From Armatimonadota bacterium (GTDB lineage: Bacteria; Armatimonadota; HRBIN16), in the NCBI GenBank assembly GCA_963677485.1, contig OY781964.1, positions 4,480,001 through 4,544,000 on the forward strand: a DNA stretch of 64,000 nucleotides. The letters run 5' to 3'. The position numbers and the translations under genes were made by a program. The notes under the pieces are model-generated. The model was not told the DNA's origin. It ran no database searches and worked only from the letters and a program-made list of their open reading frames with translations. The stretch's first letter is position 1. The number at the start of each line of letters is the position of its first letter. Shown here in pieces: positions 49,598 through 59,800 of this stretch.

Positions 49598-51490
49598 ATG
49601 TCGACCGAATACAAGCCGCTGCCGTTCCATAAGGTGAACATCACCGATCAGTTTTGGGCTCCGCGAATCCAGACGAACGCGGGTGAAACCCTCTACACTC
49701 AGTATCGAAACCTGCAAGAGACAGGCCGACTGCCGGCATTCAAACTCGACTGGCATGAGGGTATGGAACCTGTTCCGCACATTTTCTGGGATTCGGATGT
49801 AGCGAAGTGGGTAGAGGGTGCGTGCTATTCCATCAACCTGGTGCCTGATGCAAAGATTGAAGCGATGCTTGATGAAGCGATTGACCTGATCATATCGGCA
49901 CAGCAGCCGGACGGGTACCTGAACATCTACTTCACAGTGGTAGAGCCGGAGAAGAGGTGGACGAACCTGCGCGACCAGCATGAGCTTTACTGTGCCGGGC
50001 ACCTCATGGAGGCGGCGGTCGCCCATTTTAGGGCCACCGGCTCGCGCAAATTCCTTGATGCCATGTGCCGATACGCCGACTACATTGCGTCGGTATTCGG
50101 AGTGGAACCCGGTAAAAAGAGGGGGTATTGCGGTCATCCTGAGATAGAGCTCGCGTTGGTGAAGCTTTATGAGGCGACAGGTGAGGAAAGATACCTCAAG
50201 CTGAGCGAGTATTTCGTCGAAGAGCATGGCCAGCAGCCTCACTATTTCGACATCGAGGCGGCTGAACGCGGCGAGGTTGTCGATACAAGCCATCTTCCGC
50301 CCCATATGCTGACCGACCGGTATGCGTATGCTCAGGCGGATGTGCCTGTCAGGGAGCAAAAGAGCGTGGCGGGCCACGCGGTCCGTGCGATGTATTTCTA
50401 TTCGGGAGCGGCCGATATCGCCGGAATCAATAACGACGAGAGCCTGTTCTCCGTGCTCAAGCGGCTCCTGAATGACCTCACCACCAAACGGATGTACATC
50501 ACCGGGGGTATCGGCCCATCCAGGCACAATGAAGGCTTTACCACCGACTATGACCTGCCAAACGACACGGCATACGCCGAAACCTGTGCGGCGATTGGGT
50601 TAGTCATGTGGAACCATCGGATGCTGCGGTTTGATCTGAACAGCAGCTACTCAGACGTAATGGAACTGGCTTTATACAACGGCACCATCAGCGGGATATC
50701 GCTGAGCGGTGACCGCTACTTCTACGAGAACCCATTGGCAAGTGATGGTTCGCACCACCGTGTCGACTGGTTTGGTTGTTCCTGCTGCCCGCCCAATATC
50801 TTTAGGATGATGGCCTCGGTTGGTGGATATGCCTATTCCTACACCGAGACCGACGCGATCGTGCATCTGTATATGCAGAGTGAGTGTGAGCTTGAGGTCG
50901 GTGGTCAGGCGGTGCAACTTGCGCAAAAGACAAACTACCCATGGGATGGCCGTGTTTCCCTCACCGTGGGGCTTGAGCAGCCTGCCGAATTTACCATCAA
51001 GCTGCGGAAGCCAGGCTGGTGCGATGACTTCAGTCTTTCCATCAACGGTGTGAAGCAAAATGATGTTGCCGTGGAGAAGGGGTATATCAGCTTGCACCGC
51101 ATGTGGAAAGATGGGGATGTGATTGAGCTTGATCTGCCGATGGTAGCCAAGCGGTTATACGCCAATCCTGCCGTCAGCCAGGATATCGGCAGGGTGGCCA
51201 TCACACGTGGGCCAGTGGTCTACTGTCTTGAGCAGGTTGACAACCAGATACCGTCTGAGCTGATTCAACTGCCTGACCAGGCGAAGCTTGTGGCCACCTA
51301 CGACCCAAATCTACTGGGTGGAGTGGTCGCCATCACCGCCGAGGCCGTGTCTGTGAGCTCAGACGGATGGGGTGATACGCTGTATAAAGATCAGCCTGCA
51401 CCAACGGAACCCTGCACCATACAGGCGGTGCCCTATTATGCCTGGGATAACCGCGAGGTGGGCTGGATGAGCGTCTGGCTGCGCCGGTAG
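49598..51490 (+). CDS. GH127 beta-L-arabinofuranosidase (HypBA1-like)
   Basis: DSDVAKW, HELYCAGH, GHPEIE, GHAVRAMY, ETCAA, CSCCPPN, PYYAWDNR motifs. Confidence 0.93.
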   Translation: MSTEYKPLPFHKVNITDQFWAPRIQTNAGETLYTQYRNLQETGRLPAFKLDWHEGMEPVPHIFWDSDVAKWVEGACYSINLVPDAKIEAMLDEAIDLIISAQQPDGYLNIYFTVVEPEKRWTNLRDQHELYCAGHLMEAAVAHFRATGSRKFLDAMCRYADYIASVFGVEPGKKRGYCGHPEIELALVKLYEATGEERYLKLSEYFVEEHGQQPHYFDIEAAERGEVVDTSHLPPHMLTDRYAYAQADVPVREQKSVAGHAVRAMYFYSGAADIAGINNDESLFSVLKRLLNDLTTKRMYITGGIGPSRHNEGFTTDYDLPNDTAYAETCAAIGLVMWNHRMLRFDLNSSYSDVMELALYNGTISGISLSGDRYFYENPLASDGSHHRVDWFGCSCCPPNIFRMMASVGGYAYSYTETDAIVHLYMQSECELEVGGQAVQLAQKTNYPWDGRVSLTVGLEQPAEFTIKLRKPGWCDDFSLSINGVKQNDVAVEKGYISLHRMWKDGDVIELDLPMVAKRLYANPAVSQDIGRVAITRGPVVYCLEQVDNQIPSELIQLPDQAKLVATYDPNLLGGVVAITAEAVSVSSDGWGDTLYKDQPAPTEPCTIQAVPYYAWDNREVGWMSVWLRR

Positions 51491-51500
51491 GCGGGGTAGC

Positions 51501-53789
51501 ATGAGCCAATCCGAGAGAAATGGACGGTGCCTGATGACTAAACGACCATCATATTCTGTGATTTCACTGCTGCTGATGCGCATGATCTGTGTATCAGGGG
51601 TGGTGGCAGGATATCCGTCTCGCGTCTGGTATGATGGTTCGATCGAACCCAACGTGACATCTCTCGGATCGCTGCTTTCGGATAATGCTGGATTCTATGG
51701 CGATTCCGTAATGACTGGGGTGAGCTACACATACGGTGCTGCCAATACACCCGATAACCCGTCCGATACCCTCGCTGACACGCCAGCTTTCGGCAGACGA
51801 CTGCTGGACGGCAAATACAATGGCGATTGGTATGTGCCGGTGGGTATAGTAGCAAAGCCCGTAGTGGTGACATTCGACTTCAAAAGGGCCTGCACGTTCA
51901 AAGAGGTAGACATCTCAACGGAGGCCCCTAACCCGCACACACAGCAATACTTGAAGATCGAGACAGCCAACAGCCCGAATGGCCCCTGGCTGTTGGCCTA
52001 CCAGTCTGAAAAAGAGAATCGGCCAGCGAAACCACTGCTGCGAATCCCTCTCGTAAAGGCGGTGTCTGGTCGGTATATGCGGCTCACTGCGGGCGATTCG
52101 GCATCCGGCCAGCAGTTTCTATCGGAGGTGTGGGTGTGGGGAAACGCCACTGTCAATGCTGCTTATCCTGAAGCTGTGAATCCGCTATACAAAGAGCTGC
52201 CGGCGGGGTATTACTCCATTCCGGGAGTTTGGGCATCAAAATTTACGAAGGCGCAGTTTGTGTCGTGGCAAAACGGCCTGGGGTCGTATGCCAAGCAGGC
52301 TGCAGTGATCTCAAAGGTGTCGACCTGGAGCAATATCAGCAATCGGCCCATTTTGCCGACGCGCCCGGCCGTGCTAAATGGCCAGACGTATAAGCTCGAG
52401 ACCGCCAGAAACATGACGGAATACGTCGCGGTGGCGCTGACCAATACGAAGCTCTCAGATGCACGTGCGAAGGTGTCTTTAAGCGACTTTAGGCTCAACA
52501 GCGCGAAATCCTCCATGATCAAGGGTGAAATGCGTGTGATGGGGGCGATGCAGACCCGGACCAATGGCGTCCAGCTCACCCCGATGTTTACGGCTGACAA
52601 CCTCCTAAGCAGCGGCCTCATGAAGCGCTACGTGAATAATGGCTCAACCATCAGCAGCTTTCCGAATATTACGCTGACGCCAGGCGGGTCGGCAGTGTTG
52701 TGGATATCAATACAGACGAAAAATGCCCTCCCAGGAACATACTCTGCGAAATTGAGTTTCTCCGGTGGTAAACCCGTCACCATAAGCCTTAAAGTCAACA
52801 ACATCACTCTGCCGGCACCATTTGTATGGCTGCGGACATGGAGCACGAATACATCTGCGCAAATACCGTTCAACTACAGCGACCGCATGGTTCGGGAAGT
52901 CCGCTATGCACGAGGGCTCGGCATCAATGTCTGGAACGGGTTCCCCGCGGCGGGTAATGATGTAGCGGATGCTCGGAAGATGGGCAAGACGATCAGCAGC
53001 ATCTTTGGTGTGCCACACTGGGAGGAGGGTTATCCGGGCGGCTGGCAGACCGCCAGTATCCCAGCCGCGTATAAGCAAGATATCGCCAAGTATATATCAG
53101 CGACGGTCACGCAGGCCAAAGCCGCCGGGCTGGGATACGATGAGTGGCATTTTGAACTCTGGGACGAACCCGGGATGAAGAACGGCCTCTCATTTGGGGC
53201 ACTGGCTCGGGTCATCAAGCAGATCAATCCTGACGTCAGGATATACTGCGACCCGTGCAGTTGGAAAGGGAGCGGCTGGGCAACTGATGAAGCTGCCAAT
53301 GCTGCCTATGCTCCCTGGTACAATAGCTGTGTGGATATCTCCGTGCCATCTGAAGGCATGGATAACCCGAAAACATTCCCGCTGGAATGGTCGCTGTGGA
53401 ACGCACCGCGCTTTGTTCGGGCGTTTTATGAACATCCGACCGAAAAGAAACCCGAAAGCGGGGTTGAACTGGTGCGCCGCCAGGCTTGGAAGGCGTTCAG
53501 CAGAGGATGGAACGGATGGGGCACCTACTCATACTGTTCGCCAGGAAAAGACCCATGGAATGATATGGACGACATCGAAGGCGACCATCTGATGGCGTTC
53601 CCCGGGCCCAATGGGCCGGTAGCGACCAGACGCTCCGAAGGCATCCGGGCTGGCTGGGAGGACTACTGCCTGCTCAGCCTTATGCGAAGCCGCGGGCTGA
53701 AAGCAGAGTTGGACACCGTGCTGGCAAGGTATAAAGAGGGCACCGCGCTGCAGACTCTGCGCCAGATGATGATCAACTATCTGAAATAG
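51501..53789 (+). CDS. Secreted protein with discoidin-like N-terminus and GH123/DUF4091-like C-terminus
   Basis: LLDG..G..W, WDEPG, R.EGIRAGWEDY motifs. Start is uncertain. Confidence 0.55.
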   Translation: MSQSERNGRCLMTKRPSYSVISLLLMRMICVSGVVAGYPSRVWYDGSIEPNVTSLGSLLSDNAGFYGDSVMTGVSYTYGAANTPDNPSDTLADTPAFGRRLLDGKYNGDWYVPVGIVAKPVVVTFDFKRACTFKEVDISTEAPNPHTQQYLKIETANSPNGPWLLAYQSEKENRPAKPLLRIPLVKAVSGRYMRLTAGDSASGQQFLSEVWVWGNATVNAAYPEAVNPLYKELPAGYYSIPGVWASKFTKAQFVSWQNGLGSYAKQAAVISKVSTWSNISNRPILPTRPAVLNGQTYKLETARNMTEYVAVALTNTKLSDARAKVSLSDFRLNSAKSSMIKGEMRVMGAMQTRTNGVQLTPMFTADNLLSSGLMKRYVNNGSTISSFPNITLTPGGSAVLWISIQTKNALPGTYSAKLSFSGGKPVTISLKVNNITLPAPFVWLRTWSTNTSAQIPFNYSDRMVREVRYARGLGINVWNGFPAAGNDVADARKMGKTISSIFGVPHWEEGYPGGWQTASIPAAYKQDIAKYISATVTQAKAAGLGYDEWHFELWDEPGMKNGLSFGALARVIKQINPDVRIYCDPCSWKGSGWATDEAANAAYAPWYNSCVDISVPSEGMDNPKTFPLEWSLWNAPRFVRAFYEHPTEKKPESGVELVRRQAWKAFSRGWNGWGTYSYCSPGKDPWNDMDDIEGDHLMAFPGPNGPVATRRSEGIRAGWEDYCLLSLMRSRGLKAELDTVLARYKEGTALQTLRQMMINYLK

Positions 53790-53850
53790 GATTACAGATG
53801 CAAATCAGCCATCGGTGACGGGTACTACTAATGCGTTTCCACTGAATCGG

Positions 53851-53990
53851 CAATGTCCGGGGCGGTCTGGCTGGACGTTAGCGGTTGCAGAAATCTCAAG
53901 ACCGCGCCGGTCTGGCGGATAGCCCCTCCGGTTTGGTTTCGAAATCAAGACCGGCGCGGTTAGGAGAAAACCGCCCCGGACATTGGCAAC
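53851..53990 (+). repeat. Nested-palindrome dispersed repeat, copy 2
   Basis: CAATGTCCGGGGCGGT...AGACCGCGCCGGTCTGGCGGATAGCC...AGACCGGCGCGGT...ACCGCCCCGGACATTG. Confidence 0.9.
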
Positions 53991-54024
53991 CAAGTATATT
54001 AACAACAAGGCGAGTGAGCTGAAG

Positions 54025-55158
54025 ATGACTTCTAAAGAACGTACGCTGATCGCAATGATGAATGGGCAGCCGGATATGGTGCCCGTCGCACCGGATATGT
54101 CCAATATGATTCCGTGCAAGCTGACAGGGAAGCCGTTCTGGGATATCTACCTGTATCAAGACCCGCCGCTTTGGAAGGCATACATCGATGCCGTCAGGTT
54201 CTTTGGGTTTGACGGCTGGCTTCCTGGGGTGCCTGTGGATGTTGACTACGATCTCCATACCGGGCAGGATCAGCCGCAGTGGAAAGAGGCGATTGTTCAC
54301 ACCACACCAGAGCGTATCTACACGCGTATGCATATACAGCTTGAGGGTGATCATCAGTGGTCGGACTTCTGCCATGTCTACTACATAGCCGATCCGCCGA
54401 CACATCACGTGAGGCTATCCAAGGTGGGATTGCCAGCAGAACCGCCAACCTCGTGGGAGGATGTTGTTCCCAGAACAAGCTATAGCGGTGTAGACGCATA
54501 CTATGCTGCGTCGGAATATATGGGCGATGCTGGGGTGGTGGGTATTGCTGAGGGGCTGCCAGGATTGGGGCTGGAGCCGGAATCCATGTATGAGTGGTAC
54601 GATAACCCAGATGCCGTGCGCGAAAGATGCCAGGCCTATCATGAGCAGATTGTGCGCAGGACGAAAAAGATAGTCAAGATCAAACCGGATTTTCTATTGC
54701 TTGGGGTATCTGGCTTTATGATCAGCAACCCTGAGCCGATATTTCGCGAGCTGGCCTTGCCTACCTTGAAAGAGGTGACTGCAATCTGTAAAGCCGCCGG
54801 GGTGCCCAGTCAGCTTCACTGCTGCGGCCCAGAATACTCGCTGGTAAAAATGGCGGCTCTGGAAACTGATCTGTCGAATATCAACCCTCTGGAAGTCGCC
54901 CCCATGGGTGACTGCGACTTGGCTCGTGTAAAGCGTGAGTTCGGGCATAAGATCAGCCTGATGGGCAATCTGCACACCACATCGGTGATGCTTCACGGCA
55001 GCCCGCAGAAGGTGGCGGAAGAGAGCAGGAAGGCGATTGATGCTGCAGCGGCGGGCGGAGGGTTTATCCTCTCCACCGGCGACCAATGCGGCCGCGATAC
55101 CCCGTTTGACAACATCCATGCGATGATCGACACCGCCAGGAACTATTTCAAGTATTAG
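54025..55158 (+). CDS. Uroporphyrinogen decarboxylase/MtaA-CmuA family protein
   Basis: MTSKER..PD.VP, HCCG, LMGNL, GGFILSTGDQ...TP.DNI motifs. Confidence 0.85.
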   Translation: MTSKERTLIAMMNGQPDMVPVAPDMSNMIPCKLTGKPFWDIYLYQDPPLWKAYIDAVRFFGFDGWLPGVPVDVDYDLHTGQDQPQWKEAIVHTTPERIYTRMHIQLEGDHQWSDFCHVYYIADPPTHHVRLSKVGLPAEPPTSWEDVVPRTSYSGVDAYYAASEYMGDAGVVGIAEGLPGLGLEPESMYEWYDNPDAVRERCQAYHEQIVRRTKKIVKIKPDFLLLGVSGFMISNPEPIFRELALPTLKEVTAICKAAGVPSQLHCCGPEYSLVKMAALETDLSNINPLEVAPMGDCDLARVKREFGHKISLMGNLHTTSVMLHGSPQKVAEESRKAIDAAAAGGGFILSTGDQCGRDTPFDNIHAMIDTARNYFKY

Positions 55159-55181
55159 GCGAGCCGCCAGAAGCCATGAAT

Positions 55182-55343
55182 GGCTATGTCCGGGGCGGTC
55201 TGGCAGGTGGCTAGCGGTAACAGGCGGCTCAAGACCGCGCCGGTCTGGCGGATAGCCTGAAACCACTTGTCCCGCATGGATCAAGACCGGCGCGGTTGGG
55301 GAAAACCGCCCCGGACATCGGCAACCAAAACCGCCCCGGACAT
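55182..55343 (+). repeat. Nested-palindrome dispersed repeat, copy 3 (terminal unit duplicated)
   Basis: Same architecture as copy 2; AAAACCGCCCCGGACAT occurs twice at the right end. Confidence 0.9.
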
Positions 55344-55448
55344 GGGTGATCACCGCTGAACAGGGCCTGATTCTACCCCAAATATCCTCCTCGATTTCCT
55401 CATAATCCGTCCGTCCTGACAAGATATGTATATTATATGGGTATATAA

Positions 55449-55479
55449 ATATACACTATAAAGTGTGTATAATATTTAT
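55449..55479 (+). promoter_or_regulatory. Leaderless promoter with overlapping palindromic operator (candidate SOS box)
   Basis: ACACT-ATAA-AGTGT at 55453-66, TATAAT at 55468-73, ATG at 55480 with no RBS. Confidence 0.5.
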
Positions 55480-56841
55480 ATGAGAACAGGATGGATACTC
55501 TGTGTGCAGGCGCACGGAATACATTTGGCGGCGGCGGAAGCGGACAGCACACAGCCTGCAGTGGTGCTATCCGACAGCCGCGTGCTGGAAGCCAACAGCC
55601 TGGCGATCAGCGCGGGGGTCAGCGCGGGTATGCGCGACAGCGGCCTGGAGGCGGTCTGCCCGCAGGCACTCTGCTACGCCCACAACCCTGATGCCTCGCT
55701 GGCGATGCGCCGCAACTGGCTGGATTCAATTGCTGACGTGGCGCTGGCGCTGGAGCCTCTGGACGACAAATACGCGCTGATGGACATGCGCGGCCTCAGT
55801 GCCAAAACCGCCGCTACGGAGCTGCTGGAACGGGCCAAGAAGCTGAATCTGGAAGTCAGCACGGGCATCGCTCCGGGCCGGACCTCCGCGCAGTTGGCCC
55901 TGCGTGCGCTAAAAGGCCGCCCTGGCGCGTTCAGGCTGCCGTATCCCCTCCGGGACGCTTTGGCGGGCCTAGAGCTCAGTCTGGTGCCCGCTCCGCTGGA
56001 TAAAATCGCGGTAAAGGCTCAGCGGCTGGGCTGGAAGAGTTTCGGCGCACTGGTGGTGCAGAACATGCAGCGCGTGCGCAGTCTGCTGGGCATGGAGGGG
56101 CTGGCACTCTGGGGACTGGCGCAGGGCTGCGATGACGGCATGGTGAAAAGCCTCTACCCGGAGCCAAAGCTGGAGTATATTGGCGACTTCCCGGAGAACA
56201 TCACCGAGCAGACGGCCGCGAACGTCTGGGCAAAGCAGGCGCGTCAGATGGAGCGTGCACTGGAGGGTCGCGGGGCTGTGTGGATGCAGATGAGCATCTG
56301 GAACGAGGGGGCCTCAATGGTGGACCGCATGACGCTGAACCTGAATCCACCCGCCAGCCAGCAGCCGCAGATTATGACGGCCTTGATGCGCATGTGGGAC
56401 AAGCGGTTTCGCCATACTGAGCCGCTGCGCTGGGAGCTGCTCATCACCCATACGCAGCAGGTGATCGGCCGCCAGATGAGCTTCGAGGAGGCGGAGACGC
56501 ACCACATCAACCGGCAGGTGGAGCGCACCTTCAGCGACCTGCGCTCGCGATACGGGGAGCGCGCCCTGGTGACGCTGTCGGAGATCAAATTGGACTGGCA
56601 TGAGCAGATGAGGAGGTATTATGAGCCGTTCAACATGGAGGCCTACCAGTGTGCTGCTGAGTGCGCTGGGGCTGCCGCTTCGGGTGCAGGAGCCCGACTG
56701 CAGCTACCAGTTGGATCAGTTGCTGGAGCAGTGGAGGGAGGCGGGCAAGTGGTGGGAGGGGGAGCACCAGAAGAGCTTCTTTCGTTTTGTGGCCGACGAG
56801 GGCATACTGCTGGAGTTGTGCAACAACAGTTGCGACGATAG
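55480..56841 (+). CDS. Inactive Y-family polymerase-like mutasome subunit (ImuB/ImuY-like)
   Basis: V...N..A...GV.AGM....A.CP pattern, degenerate catalytic motif, R.RYG..A C-terminal motif, position upstream of dnaE2. Confidence 0.7.
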   Translation: MRTGWILCVQAHGIHLAAAEADSTQPAVVLSDSRVLEANSLAISAGVSAGMRDSGLEAVCPQALCYAHNPDASLAMRRNWLDSIADVALALEPLDDKYALMDMRGLSAKTAATELLERAKKLNLEVSTGIAPGRTSAQLALRALKGRPGAFRLPYPLRDALAGLELSLVPAPLDKIAVKAQRLGWKSFGALVVQNMQRVRSLLGMEGLALWGLAQGCDDGMVKSLYPEPKLEYIGDFPENITEQTAANVWAKQARQMERALEGRGAVWMQMSIWNEGASMVDRMTLNLNPPASQQPQIMTALMRMWDKRFRHTEPLRWELLITHTQQVIGRQMSFEEAETHHINRQVERTFSDLRSRYGERALVTLSEIKLDWHEQMRRYYEPFNMEAYQCAAECAGAAASGAGARLQLPVGSVAGAVEGGGQVVGGGAPEELLSFCGRRGHTAGVVQQQLRR

Positions 56842-56863
56842 CTGGACTATGCGAAGAAGGTAG
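56621..56863 (+). CDS. DUF6504-like small mutasome-associated protein
   Basis: AGGAGG RBS; LEQWREAGKWWEGE..K.FFR pattern; directly upstream of dnaE2. Confidence 0.7.
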   Translation: MSRSTWRPTSVLLSALGLPLRVQEPDCSYQLDQLLEQWREAGKWWEGEHQKSFFRFVADEGILLELCNNSCDDSWTMRRR

Positions 56864-56869
56864 CAAACT

Positions 56870-59800
56870 GTGATACACCTGCACGTTCACTCCGGCTTTA
56901 GCTTCGAGGATGGAGCGAACCAGCCCGAAGAGCTGGCCGCGGAGGCCGCACGCCTGGATATGAGCGCATTGGCATTGACCGACCGCGATGCGCTCTACGG
57001 CGCGGTGCGCTTCCAGGACGCCTGCAGTCGAGTGGGGATTCAGGCGATCCACGGCGCGGTGCTGACCATGCATGACGGCATGGACTTGCTGCTTCTGTGC
57101 GAAACGCCTGAGGGGTATCGCAACCTCAGCCGCATCCTGGCCAAGGCTCACCTGCAAAATCCGCGCAATGAGCCGCACACGCGCATGCCCTGGCTGCGGC
57201 TGCACCATGAGGGGCTGATCTGCCTGACCGGCAGCCGCCAGAGCCGTCTGGTCTATTTAGTGCGTGCGCAACGCTACTCGGAGGCTAAGAATTGGCTGGA
57301 TGAGCTGCGCACGGTGTTCGGGGCGCAGAACCTGTACATCCAGTTGGAGCGGTGCTTTCGGCCTGGGGATGCCTGGATCACCGCCCGGCTGATGGAGTTG
57401 GCCGACCATATGGGCCTTCCTGTGGTGGCCAGTGCCGATGTGCGCTACGCCACGCCCAAACAGTTCCCTGCTCATGACATATTGCTCTGCGCCAAACTGG
57501 ACATCAGTGTGGCCCAGCCGCATCCGCTGAGGGGCATCAACACCTGCAACAGTCTGCAGCACGCCCTGGACTGGCCGCAGCTTTTTGAGGACCGGCCGGA
57601 TGCGGTGCAAAACACATTGCTGCTGGCTCAGCGCTGCACCTACAACACCTTGCCGCAGGACCACAACCTGTTTCCCCGCTTTCCCGTAAAGGCAGGTGAG
57701 ACGCCGGAGGGTGTTTTGAAGCTGCTGGTGCGGCAGGGAGCCCAACGGCGATTCAAGCAGATCACCCCTGAAGCTCGAAAACGGCTGACCCATGAGCTGC
57801 AGATCATCTGCCAGTTGGGCTATGCCGACTACTTTCTGGCCGTGTGGGATTTGGCGCGGTTCGCCGATGACCAGGGCATCCGGCACACGGGGCGCGGTTC
57901 GGCTGCCGATAGCGCGGTGGCCTACTGTCTGAACCTGACATCGGTGGACTCCATCCGTCGGGGGCTGCCTTTTGAGCGGTTTCTTTCGATGGAGCGAAGC
58001 CAGAAGCCGGATATCGACATCGACTTCGACTCCGAACGGCGCGAAGAGGTGTTCCGCTACGTGCGCGAGCGGTACGGTGAGGATCATGTGGGCATGGTGT
58101 GTACATTCCAGACATTCCGGGCACGCTCTGCCATCCGGCTGGTGGGCAAATCGCTGGGTATTTCTGTGCAGATGGTGGATTACTTCGCGAAGCATATCCC
58201 CTGGATGTGTCATGCCGATGCGCTGGACCGTGCGTTTGACAAGGCCCCGGAGCTGCTGCATAGCGGTTTAAGCAGGCAGCAGCTCACGCTGTGGGTCTAT
58301 CTCTGCGCGCAGATATCGGGCCTGCCGCATCATTTCAGCACGCATCTGGGAGGCATTGTCATTTCACGGGTGCCGGTGTGCGACATTGCGCCCATGCAAA
58401 TGTCGCCCATGGACCGGCGTGTGCTCCAGTTTGATAAAGATGATGTGGAGCGCATCGGCTTTATCAAACTAGACCTGCTGAGCCTGAAGACGCTCCACGC
58501 GGTGGAGGAGGCGGAGGGGCAGATCATGGAGATCGACCCCGGATTCCGCGTGACCGAGATCCCTTACGATGACCCCGAGGTATACAAAATGATCCGCGCG
58601 GGAGAGACCATCGGTGCCTTCCAGATTGAGAGCCCGGCTCAGCGCTCGCTTCATGTGCGGCTGAACTCGGATCACCAAAACGACCTGGACGTGAGTGTGG
58701 CACTGATCCGTCCGGGGCCGATTGGCGGCAATATGGTGGAGCCGTTTGTGAACCGCCGCAATGGCGTGGAGCAGGTGGCCTACCTTCACCCTGACCTGGA
58801 GCCGATTTTGCGCCACACCTGCGGTGTGCCGGTGTTTCAGGAGCAGATCATCCTGATCGCCACGGTGATGGCGGGCTTTACACCTGGCGAATCTGACCAT
58901 CTGCGCAAGACGATGACGCATAACCGTTCGCAGATAGCCATGGAGGAGATAGGCACGCGGTTTGTGCAAAGCTCCGTGAATCGGGGATACACGCAGGAAC
59001 TCGCGCAGATGGTGTTCGAGTGGATATTCGGTTTCGCGGGCTACGGCTTCTGTGAGGCGCACGCCGCCAGCTTTGGCGATACCGCCTACAAAACCGCCTG
59101 GATGCTGCACTACCATCCCGGCGAGTATATGGCGGCGATCCTCAGCAGCCAGCCGATGGGTTATTATCCGGTCAACACCATCGCTCAGGAGGCGCGTCGG
59201 CGGGGTGTGCAGTTGATCCAGCCCGACATCAACCTCAGCAAGGTGGCTTGTAAGTGCCACAATAACAGGATTCGGCTGGGGTTTTGCCGTATCGGCGGGA
59301 TGCGCCGCGCTGAGATGGATGCCATTGAGCAGGGTCAGCCTTTTACCGACCTGGAAGACCTCTGCCGCAGAGCGACCGTGAATCGCGACAGCCTGGAGTC
59401 TCTGGCGATGTGCGGTGCGTTCGACAGTTGGCACCGCAATCGGCGTATGTGGCTGTCACGCATTCCTGAGGCCATCGCCTCCGTGAATGATGGGGGGCTG
59501 GTCAGCCCGCGCAGCGAAACAGACCGCAGCGTGGCGAACTTCAGCCCGTGGGAGCAGTTCATGCTGGAGTGGCAGTTGATGGGTCTGACCGTGAACTGCC
59601 ATGTGATGACCCACTTGCGGGAGCGGATGTATCGGTTAGGGTTCTACAGCTCCGCTGATCTAAAGCAGGTGCCCAACGGCATGCGGGTGAGCGTGGCGGG
59701 GCTGGTGACCTGCCCGCACCGGCCTCCCACGCGAAGCGGTCGCCGCGTGATGTTCTTTGGGCTGGAAGACGAGTTTGGGCAGATCGAGTGCGCGCTGTTT

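Noticed and set aside
49595-50527. 310-aa antisense ORF opposite GH127
   Set aside because: Shadow of a well-conserved sense gene.
57257-59434. Long antisense ORFs (334 and 321 aa) opposite dnaE2
   Set aside because: Shadow frames of a GC-rich gene, with no recognisable motifs or RBS.
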